Shown: in pieces, positions 11,227 through 20,000 of the stretch
How the letters are laid out: every line of letters begins with the position of its first letter
How positions within the stretch are numbered: position 1 is the stretch's first letter
NCBI GenBank assembly: GCA_051942205.1
Contig: JAVECO010000118.1
Location: 53,625-73,624, forward strand
Source: Coniocarpon cinnabarinum
Taxonomy: Eukaryota
Reading direction: 5' to 3'
Length of the DNA stretch: 20,000 bases
Translations under genes and position numbers: made by a program
Notes under the pieces: model-generated
What the model was told of the DNA's origin: nothing
Seen by the model: only the letters and a program-made list of their open reading frames with translations
The model's database searches: none

Positions 11227-12216
11227 ATGCCGGATCTCAATTCTCTTCCGCCTTCCTCACGCCCTTCGTCAAATATGAATGCTCCTTCCGGCTCAAATTC
11301 GCACCCAGTCTCCTCAATGGCCTCTGGTCAACCACAACAGCAACCTCACGCCAACTCAAGCCCAACAACCCACCGGCCAACGCCGCTCCATCGTCACAAC
11401 TCCAGCAACGCCTCATCTCACTCTCCACGTCTGCCTTCTTCCGCATCCCCTCGCCTCTCATCCTCATCCCGTCGTCTGGGCTCCATCTCCCTACCTCCAT
11501 CCAGCTCCAACGACCTCCACAGCGCCTCCCCATCCCGCCGCGGATCGTCCTCCCGCACCTCTCCGGCTCTCACTTCCGCGAATTTACAAATGCACGGAGA
11601 CCCGCATCACCATAGACAGCCTTCGTTGGGAGAATTGCACCAGGAACTAGAAGAAGAACAGGAGGCACAGGTGAATCGCTTGCTCTCGCAGATTCGAGCA
11701 CAGCAGGCTCAGATTGCGTCGCTGAGTCGTGAGCGCGGGGAAAGCCGTGATCGTAATACGAGTGCTGTGGCGGGTGGTGATGACATTTTGGGCGTGACGG
11801 GGGGACACCATGGTGGCGTCACGGCGTCTCGGAGCAGCTCCCGCAACGCGGTCGATTCAATGACTAACACGACACCATTTCCGGCATTGCATCGCGGGAA
11901 CAGCGAAGTCAGTCTGAGTGGGAGAAGCAGTGCGCGTGGAAGCCGGAATGCAAGCCCATTTCCTGGAGCTCATGGGAATGGTGTGGGAGGAGGAAGGGAA
12001 GGAGAAAGAGATGAGATTGCATTGATGGTGGAGGAGAGCCGGATGCTTAGCCGTGAGAATCAGATGTTGAAGGGTCGAATCAGGGAGCTCGAACGTTTGG
12101 TTGCGGAGGTGAGATCGGGCACGGATGGCGGTGGCAGTGGCGGCGAAAGAGCGCACGGTGACAGCAATGGGGCGCATGAGACAGGAGGAGATGCGACGGC
12201 GAGGGCAGCAATTTGA
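11227..12216 (+). CDS. Ser-rich low-complexity coiled-coil protein of unknown function, 329 aa
   Basis: Long intact ATG ORF. It contains the block HHRQPSLGELHQELEEEQEAQVNRLLSQIRAQQAQI and a second coiled coil ESRMLSRENQMLKGRIRELERLV. Confidence 0.85.
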   Translation: MPDLNSLPPSSRPSSNMNAPSGSNSHPVSSMASGQPQQQPHANSSPTTHRPTPLHRHNSSNASSHSPRLPSSASPRLSSSSRRLGSISLPPSSSNDLHSASPSRRGSSSRTSPALTSANLQMHGDPHHHRQPSLGELHQELEEEQEAQVNRLLSQIRAQQAQIASLSRERGESRDRNTSAVAGGDDILGVTGGHHGGVTASRSSSRNAVDSMTNTTPFPALHRGNSEVSLSGRSSARGSRNASPFPGAHGNGVGGGREGERDEIALMVEESRMLSRENQMLKGRIRELERLVAEVRSGTDGGGSGGERAHGDSNGAHETGGDATARAAI

Positions 12217-12644
12217 GCGCTTGATGCAGAAGAAAGCGTCGATGAGCATCGAACATCGTGGGAGACACCCTTTTGCGCAAGGCGTCATGGTTATGATTGT
12301 GACGAGATACCCAAGGGAGCATTATCTGTACTAGAGAAAGCATTCAATAAGAAGCACAATTCTGAAGGACGCTCTCTTTCAATTTGATCAGCGAGAAAGC
12401 TGTAAGTGGAGCCTTGAATTCCAAGCAAGAATACTACCGTGCTACCCATGCGCGAAACGCCTACTAATGCTTAGGGCGTTCATTCTTACATTACTCGTCA
12501 TCGTCTTGCCGCAGAACAAAACGCCTTGCGACTTCAGGTGCGCACGCCCAAACCAATGTAGCAGCGCAAGTAATGTCATATGAGAAAACTTCGAAATCAA
12601 TACCGCTTGCGCTTTAGACCCTGGGGAGGAGCAAGCAACGATTT

Positions 12645-13893
12645 CTAGTCGTCATCCGCCTCTTCCACAGTCGCCTTCAAAGCTCTTTTCTCAGAACTCT
12701 TCTGACCGTCTTGCGGATTGCGCTCGGTGGCGCCGGCTGCGGTCGCAGTATTTTTCTCGTTCCCTTCGACAGACTTCTTCGCTGCACCATTAGCGCCACC
12801 ACCTCCCTTCTTGTCCCTTTTCGCCTGTCGTTTCGCCCGTTTCTCTGCTCGCTTCGCTGCCAATGACTCTTTTGTCTCTCGCCATGCCCAAGCCGGCTTG
12901 AAGCTGTCAAAGAAGCCCACGTCTTCGAACAAATTTGGAAATATCCAGATGCCAGGCTGTGGTCCCAGACTAATTGTCAACAGGAAGAGGATGGCTCTGA
13001 CGATTGCCAACGCAATGAATGCGGCTACAACGCCCATCGACGCCACGGAAACATACCATACACCCATCTTTGCCCAGAATGGCCAGAGCGGATACAGCAC
13101 CACGACTACGACACCAATCAACGCTGCAACTGCGTAAGCTTTTTGACGCCACGTTGATCCCTCGTAGAACCAAACGTAATGGTTCATATCGTCTGTGTCT
13201 TGCTGCTGCTCGATTTTCACGGCCCACGTCAAGGTTTTCTTCTGACCAGGCATTGTCTTCTGCTTTGGTGCGGGAGCGTCTGCATCGCGGGACACGCGGA
13301 GAGCGAGCATGGACATGGGGAGCTGTTTGAAGGTCTGCGCGGCGGTTTCGCGGTCTTTGATCTCAGGAAGAAGTGGATTTTTGCTACGGGCTTTGGTGTA
13401 GGCGGGTGACTGAAGGGCGCGAAGCGCGCGTTTAACTAGGACCTTGTTAGTTGATTCTTGGAGAAGACAAGATGAGTAAGGCTATGCCTTTGAACATCTC
13501 CCTCCGCTTCTCTTGCAGAACACAAGGTCGACTCTTCAAATCCTGGCTCTTCAAAAACTTCGCAAGAGCAATTGCTTCTGGCTTCGGAGGACCGGGCTGA
13601 ATGGGCACTTGTGACTGCACCATCTGCTGAGCGGCACCCGGCGGTCGTGCTTGTCCCTGCTGCTGGCCATTGGGTTGCCCCTGCGGACGCTGACCATTCT
13701 GTTGCTGTTGCTGTGCTTGTTGCTGCATCTTTTGCATCACGTCGGCGCGCATCTTTTCCATTAACTGCTGAGGGGTGATGCCCTGACGTGCGGCTTCTTC
13801 GACGAGCTTCTGTTGCATGACTTGCATCTGCTGAGGTGTGGGCTGTTGATGCGGCTGAGGCCCGAATGCGGGCATAGGCATTGGCTGTGCCAT
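12645..13893 (-). CDS. SEC62: Translocation protein Sec62, 2 exons (13893-13488, 13435-12645), ~398 aa
   Basis: Splicing gives FLKSQDLKSR...EMFKVKRALRALQSPAY, then YVWFYEG, TM1 ending LYPLWP, TM2, and GIWIFPNLFEDVGFFDSFKP, which are Sec62 hallmarks. The N-terminus is Gln-rich. Confidence 0.95.
13436..13487 (-). other. GC-AG intron in SEC62 (52 nt)
   Basis: Minus strand AAAG|GCATAG...CAACTAACAAGGTCCTAG|TTAAA. This junction restores MFK-V-KRALRAL. Confidence 0.85.
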
Positions 13894-14657
13894 TGTCGCA
13901 GATGTTGAAGGGTAGAAGAGGAGCGAGTATGTAGATTGGAAGGCTGAATGAGAATACGAATGGCCACAAATACAGGCACACAGGATGAGGGATTGACGGA
14001 GCGCAAAGAAATCCCATGTTGCCCTGCAATTCAGGCATCTACTTCTCCGCCTCCATCACACATCCGTACGTGCGTACTCTCTTAAGATCCATCTAACTAG
14101 CTGTCTAAAGTCAGTAGTCTATCATGTCGCTCTCAGGAACTGAGGTTGACGCACGGTGGCTCGAGTAACGCTTCGCGACATGTAAGGTGTCAACAGCGTC
14201 TGCAATAGAGTCTAAAATGCTGCCATCTGCTTCAGAACATCTCTCGGAAGTTATCCGCGAGAATTTCAACGCAAGAATTGGCTGCGCGCCTTGCTGTGCT
14301 GAATTTTCGTTATTTCTGGCGTTGATAGACTTATCTGACGTCGGGTCATAGTCCAGCAAAGGCACGTATCCGCGTGATAAGTTCTTGCATATTCAGAGAC
14401 GCATTTGTCATTGCCGATTCGCCGCAAAGGTCATCAGCAGCGTCCAAAGTGGCTCTAATAATTTTCTAACTTAATGATCAAAGAGGAAGAACATCTTAAA
14501 TTGTATTCAAATCTGAATCAATGTCAAGCTTACAGATTCTGTTTAGTAGATCAAGGGAGCTGTTGCGCGAGAATCGTGGTACACAACTTCATCAGCCTCT
14601 GGAAATTTTGTACATATTCGTCAGCTTATAGTATCATCTGCGAACGGGAGCGATCTA

Positions 14658-16313
14658 TTACATTGATTTCTGTATCAAGAGACCTTCAGCCTGGCTCTGC
14701 TGTACTTCCACTTGCCCTCTCGAGCTTACTACAAGACGTTCTGATTCAATGCAGCCCTGGAAGCCGCCTGTAGCTGGATCGACTGTCAAACCGGATAGGC
14801 TGACATCGCTCTTCGCGTTGGTGCCAGGAGCCTGCATACGAAGTGCCTCCAAGGTTGTGCCCTCCGTCCATTCCGTATCAATGAGCAACGAGGAGACTGG
14901 CCGCTGTCCCGGACTCACTGCAGTCGAGTCAGTCGCACTCAAAGTCGATGGGTTTGACACGCCCTGGCTGGAGTTCCAAACACCCATGTCAAGCAAGACA
15001 ATCTTTTCAAGCTCGTCATTGGCTCGAATCGCATAGCCACTGAAGTCTGATAGGTTTGCACTAGGTAACGCCTCAACGGTCAAGTTTTTCTCTCCAAGTC
15101 CTGCGAGCACCTCCGCAACGAACAGGTGTGAATAGAATGGTGGCCGTATTCCTGCTTGCAGACTTTCGTTCATAAGCATGTATGGCAACGGTGTAAAAGC
15201 AGAGTACTGGCTTTGATCACCAAGGTGAAAGAAAATTTGCTCCAGTCCTAAGCTGGCAGCCAGCATCGTATAATCGACACTCCAAAGTGCGGCGCCAAAC
15301 GTGTCACTCACTCCGCTCTTGCCACCACAAGAGACGCTATTCGTCTCACCCATCACAAGAGGAGCGCCTGCTGCGATAGCGGCTTCCTGCGAAGGAATAT
15401 ACTGCGATACGTTCTGATAGAGGACGCTGTGGTTGGAAAGGAGATCGAGAGAAAGACGAGCTTGACGTTCGGGGTCGCAGTTCGATTGTGGATATAAGTG
15501 GACAGCATACGAAGATATGGTTCCGTCGTTGTTGGTGAGACCAGCGCGGGTCGTCAAATTGACGATGCCAAAATCGTCGGCTTCATCTTGCTGGTCGGGC
15601 ACAAATGGTGGGTCAGCAAACACAGCAGCTTGGAAGAGCGGCGGCGGAGAAAGTGCCTGGTAAGCCTCCAAAGCTTGAATCTCTGTGCGAAGAGCACGCC
15701 ATTGTGCCGTGTATTCGACGACGTCCCAGTCATCACCACGCCAATTTTTCGAGATATAGTGATCGACTTCGTTGCCAAACTCGAAATGAATGAGTTTCTG
15801 CTGCAACGCTGCAATGACATCCTCGGCCTCGGAAATAGCAGTGGCCCAATCATCAGTCTCGTTTCGAAAGTTCAACGTGTAGATGAAATCGGTCCCGTTG
15901 GGAAAGTAGTCATTCCACGTGTCGTACCAGCGCGCGTCGAGTTCGATTTCCTCTGCGCCAGTGTTGCCTCCTGCCGAACCGGATACGGACGACAGATACC
16001 CTGATGTGGAGTTGACGTGCGGGACAACCGTTATCTCGTCCGCAGTGGTCCCGCCCACGCGAATAGGTGGAGCTTTGCCGATCCTGTCCGTTACTAGCTG
16101 AAGCAGATTGCGGGCCACTTGACTTGAGACGTAAGGCGAGACGGCGCTTGGCTCGAGAGAGTACCCGAACAAGTCTGGACGCAAAACACGGGCATCTTGC
16201 GTTCCTGCCTTTGGCACCTGTATTTCTCTCTTTTGATTCTCACTTGATACTAGGTCGGGCGTGAGAAGCAGCAAGCCGCAAAGTCGCCATCCTCTTAACG
16301 GGATAGGCAACAT
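14658..16313 (-). CDS. Glycoside hydrolase family 79 (beta-glucuronidase/heparanase-like), probably secreted, intronless
   Basis: Motifs IRVGGTTAD, FEFGNEVD (acid/base Glu), AVHLYP, VMGETNSVSCGG (nucleophile Glu) and SDTFGAALWSVDY. The likely start is the ATG at 16313 (ACAGCCATG context), followed by the hydrophobic MLPIPLRGWRLCGLLLL. Confidence 0.92.
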   Translation of the reverse strand: MLPIPLRGWRLCGLLLLTPDLVSSENQKREIQVPKAGTQDARVLRPDLFGYSLEPSAVSPYVSSQVARNLLQLVTDRIGKAPPIRVGGTTADEITVVPHVNSTSGYLSSVSGSAGGNTGAEEIELDARWYDTWNDYFPNGTDFIYTLNFRNETDDWATAISEAEDVIAALQQKLIHFEFGNEVDHYISKNWRGDDWDVVEYTAQWRALRTEIQALEAYQALSPPPLFQAAVFADPPFVPDQQDEADDFGIVNLTTRAGLTNNDGTISSYAVHLYPQSNCDPERQARLSLDLLSNHSVLYQNVSQYIPSQEAAIAAGAPLVMGETNSVSCGGKSGVSDTFGAALWSVDYTMLAASLGLEQIFFHLGDQSQYSAFTPLPYMLMNESLQAGIRPPFYSHLFVAEVLAGLGEKNLTVEALPSANLSDFSGYAIRANDELEKIVLLDMGVWNSSQGVSNPSTLSATDSTAVSPGQRPVSSLLIDTEWTEGTTLEALRMQAPGTNAKSDVSLSGLTVDPATGGFQGCIESERLVVSSRGQVEVQQSQAEGLLIQKSM

Positions 16314-17092
16314 GGCTGTTGAAGTCCCCCTGTAGCAATGCTTGTCGTTATTCAATTACACAGCTTGCTGCATCAAACTCCTTGGTCCGGACCCCTATGA
16401 GGTCTATCGAAAGCTGAGAAAATGACGTAGCATGACTTGTAGTGGAGCAAGTGCCGGTTTCTCCACAATTCGCGGTACAAGGATGTGGCGTGGTGAGATA
16501 TGGTATTGGCTATGGAGGCCTGGGTCTCATCGTCGCACCATCCCATACACTCCACGACTACCAACGACGGCTTCTGCGCTATAGCAGGTCCTGTGGTCGA
16601 GCTACCATAGCTCGCATAGCCGCTTTACCGGTGCCTCATAGTGTCTACCTTTTGAGACGTTGTGTATTTGCGAGATCCGTTCATCCTGACATTGAGCGCC
16701 GACACACCATTTTCTTCCAATGAACCGAAGAGACTTGCGCCTTTCCTTCAAAGGCGTTTGAATGTCTCGACTATCCTAGTCTAAATTAGGGTTTAAGACT
16801 CCACATAATGGCAAATATTACACCGAAGTTCCGAATGGTGAAGACTTCGGCAGCTTAATGTTTGAAATGATTTCCTCCACCCAGGCACTTACAGGTTTAT
16901 TGATGACTAACAGCAGACGCTGCTAGATGGGTAGGCCTTCGTGCAGTGCAATCACCCACAGCAATCGTTCACTTCGAGATAAAATCAGTGCCAAAGAATC
17001 GCGCTGTTCCATATATATTGCCGCTACTGCTACTTGCTTGCCAGTGTCAGCCAATACTTCCATTAGTAGAAGTTCATCCTTCCTCAGCTCAT

Positions 17093-18000
17093 CTACGAGC
17101 GAGACTTCGCAGCTTCGGAAACTGCAGCAGCAACGATCCACCGAAGCATCATGGAGACGTGGTTGAATGTCTCTGTGTGGGGACGCTCTGGTAGCGACTT
17201 GTTTTCGTCGAGCTCCTCGCAGATGTACGCGTCGAATATTCTATCTTGCTCTTCTCCTCTTTCGATTTTCAACAGCAGGAGCGTGTTGTAGTCATAGCAG
17301 GCAACGAAGGATGCAAGGCCGCTGCGACATCGTCAGTGAGGATTGGCAGATGTGATGAGCACTGCTAATAGCTCAACTTTTTGTGGGGGTAGAGTGCTTT
17401 CGTCTTTGTACGCAAAGTGCTACAGGGGCTGAAAGGAGACCTACCCGTAACTCGTTGCTTGACTTATCAAATTTCGTGTTGATCCGGTAATCTGCTTTTG
17501 ATTGAAAAGAGAAGTACGTTCTCTTGGCCCCGTTGGCTCGTGGAGATTCCAAGAATATAGATTTTCCAGCTTATTCCGGCCAGCATCGACAGATGTAGTG
17601 TGGGCAAGTCTCAGATCCGTAGGTCTAATACACTTGGGGGGCTTGTAATCGATGACGAGGAGTCGCCCTCTGTTTTGGGACAGCGTTATATCAGGTCGCT
17701 TACCCCCATGTGCGGTTTGCTCACAATACCATCTGGTGTCACCTTAAGAAATAGTCATTCGGCCGTTGTCGGCATGGAAAGCTCAAACTTGACACAAGGA
17801 TCCGGACTCACTGCAAACCTGGTAGGAGCTCAATACGTATGGTGCGAGTACTTCGAGGACGTTGGCAAAGAAAGGAGTGGTGGCTCGTATGCTTTGAGAA
17901 ATGTCATCCAGCAATGAATATGTGAACCAACAGGGAGCACGTACACGTCAGACTCAAGCTGCAATGCTGTGTTATGTCCAGGTACTGCTGCAACCCTCAT
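17093..18000 (-). CDS. Putative PD-(D/E)xK nuclease-fold protein, at least 4 exons (18000-17945, 17891-17812, 17742-17445, 17321-17093), at least 220 aa; 5' end uncertain
   Basis: Three introns with matching phases: 17944-17892 GTACGT..AAG, 17811-17743 GTGAGT..AAG, 17444-17322 GTAGGT..CTGAC..CAG. They give a stop-free product with LESDVIRA, KRPDITL, LLVIDYKPP, LISQATSYG and FVACYDYNTLLLLKI. Confidence 0.78.
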
Positions 18001-19379
18001 CTCTTTTAGCCTTGATTGCACTGCAGCGGTGAGATGCGTAGTAGGATCATTCCCCACGGAATCTAGGGAACGAATGTTGATTTCTCTGTCGCTATCATTC
18101 AGTCTCCCTCAATGATCCGCACACTAAACCAACCCCAAAGCCCATTTGGAACGATCTTGTGCATCCAGAGGCCTCGTGCACGAGCTCGTTCGCCATGCTT
18201 TGTTTTCCCTCTTTGTCCAAGTGCATGACTAGTCCACACATTTTTTTCCCAAAGGAGATGCTACTTACAAGGGAACATTGAGTTCAATGAAGCTTGCGTT
18301 GGGTCTGTTGTGCCTCGTCAGGAACTTTGGGCCCGTGATCGTCATCATTTGATGGTATGAGAATTGATGGCTTGAGGTTTCGGTAACGGTGCGTTTCGGT
18401 TCTTCCACCGCTGTTTGAGACTTTTCATGCCTCAGGACGGCCTTAGACTTCTTCTTCTCAGGGCTCCTAGTGCTTTTGAACATTCCGAGTAAAGATTTGC
18501 CATCTCCGTTGCCTTTGTCTTTCTCGTGGCCTTCTCTAAAAGCTTCAAAGTTAGCATGCCACCTTGTCTCACAATACATGCAAGTATCAATCTGACTTGA
18601 GCAAACAATGCGATGGGTTGAGTTGTGTGCACAAGTGATTGTATGCGTTGCGCTCCCACCATTCAACGCTATTGCCAGCACCGATGACGAGCTTTAGTAA
18701 GAATGCTTATGAGAGCTAGGCGTGCTTACGCGTCAATCACTTACGCCACAGATGATTCCATTCACAAAGAAGGACTGCCAGCAGACTTACGATAATCCTT
18801 GCATAGCGAAAGCGGAGGATGTAGAGTCAAGTGTCTTCCGTAGTGCCTTCACCTCTGATCAGCGTCGACCACCAGGTGTTTCTATTGTTGTGGGCGCTAG
18901 GCGAGCAAACGCTCTTCTGAGGGCACGCAGTGCCTTTTATACCAATGGAAGAATGCTGGCACGTCCAGACAATATCGAAATCTGTGTGTCACGCATAGAT
19001 ACGGATTCATTAGGTACATTGCCGTGCTACTTAATGCGCGAAAATGTAGGCAAGAACATTTGCGCAAGGTACTTTGAGCAGCGAAGGTTTTGATACATCG
19101 AAATGTTCTGCAATAATGCCCGTGAAAGGTGTCGTGAGACACAAGTGTGTTTCAATGCACTCAAGCCCTGGGACAAGAGACCGGATGTGTCAAGTCGTTG
19201 TTGGTATTTGGAGGGTCACCTGAATTTAATCCAGTCGCGAAGAGGAAGATTCCTCGACTAATGTGTAAGGTCACGTGAAACGCCAAGCCATCAAGGGTAA
19301 GCCGCCGTGCATGAAATATATCTAAATAGAGATGTGGTGATGATTATTGATTGGTTGACTATCTATTAAGTAGCAAGAA

Positions 19380-20000
19380 GTCTAAGGACCTCTAAAAATA
19401 GGAGTATCTTATTACGTTCTATATATAGTAATTATATTATATAACTTATAACTACTAAATTTTTTAGTATACCTTTTTAAAGCCTTTAAAAATATTAAAA
19501 GATGCTATAGTTTATTAAATTTATTTAATTTTTATATAATTTTTTATTTAAAAAGCTAGATTTAAATAGTAAATAAATTAATTAAACTACTAGTATTTTA
19601 AAAGCTTTATAAAACTATTAGTAGTTTAGTTTTTTATACTAATTTATTAAATAATAAAATTACTTACTTTTACTTTTTAATATATTTAAAGCTAGTAAAT
19701 ATTAATATAGTAAAGCTTTATAATAATAATCTTATTATTTAACTAAGTAATATAAATAGTTTAAGTATTATTATAGTAAATCAAAAGCTAATAACTAAGA
19801 TTCAGGTTAATAAATTTAAAAAATTACATTTATTAATAAAAAATAAAACTAAGTATTAAAAAAGTAAAAAGCTTAGCTTTTATAGTTAATATTATAACTA
19901 TTTTTTAGATAAAGGCTTTTTAATTAATAAGTATACTAGAAAAAAAAATAATAAGGCTATATAATAATTTATATTTAGGCTAATTTATAAATAATATATT
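19380..20000. repeat. AT-rich block with a repeat-induced point mutation (RIP) signature, probably a degenerate transposon relic continuing beyond the window
   Basis: GC drops abruptly (6-7 G/C per 60 nt in the two lines counted). TpA is very abundant, CpA/TpG/CpG are nearly absent, the residual G/C is often in AGCT, and there are no ORFs. The transition zone is about 19310-19420. Confidence 0.85.

Noticed and set aside
14111..14365. Protein-like minus-strand ORF between SEC62 and GH79
   Set aside because: It has a GTG start, no recognisable motif and no consistent splice model, and it lies in the probable SEC62 promoter / GH79 3' region.
16442..16723. YGIGYGGLGLIVAP resembles a sugar-transporter TM4 segment, divergent from GH79
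   Set aside because: It is a single weak motif with no other MFS helices or loop signatures.
16786..16795. TTAGGG telomere-like word (also near 11130)
   Set aside because: These are single copies, expected by chance, with no array.
18180..18681. Degenerate RBR/IBR E3 ligase pseudogene suggested by C..CETRWH
   Set aside because: The ligand spacing is incomplete, no RING1 or intact RING2 was found, and the 3' part is better explained as 5' exons of the nuclease gene.
1..20000. tRNA, rRNA or CRISPR arrays
   Set aside because: No cloverleaf with A/B boxes, rRNA-like sequence or spaced direct repeats were seen, and the DNA is fungal.

Overview
This is eukaryotic DNA from a filamentous ascomycete (Pezizomycotina-type short introns, and an AT-rich RIP-like block at the right end). 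The recognisable genes are: thiamine pyrophosphokinase THI80 (+, 2 exons), a Zn-dependent MDR-family alcohol/formaldehyde dehydrogenase (+), NuA4 subunit EAF7 (-), a low-complexity coiled-coil protein with a CCDC6-like motif (+), SEC62 (-, with a GC-AG intron) and a probably secreted GH79 glycoside hydrolase (-). The main discovery is a multi-exon minus-strand gene at about 17093-18000 that the ORF track largely misses. When spliced by hand it encodes a protein of at least 220 aa with a full PD-(D/E)xK nuclease signature (E...PD...DxK...QxxxY), about 1.3 kb from the AT-rich block. At the left end there are two small co-oriented proline-rich ORFs and a micro-ORF with a perfect CCHC zinc knuckle. 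All gene models were derived manually, and family calls rest on recalled motifs, not database searches.
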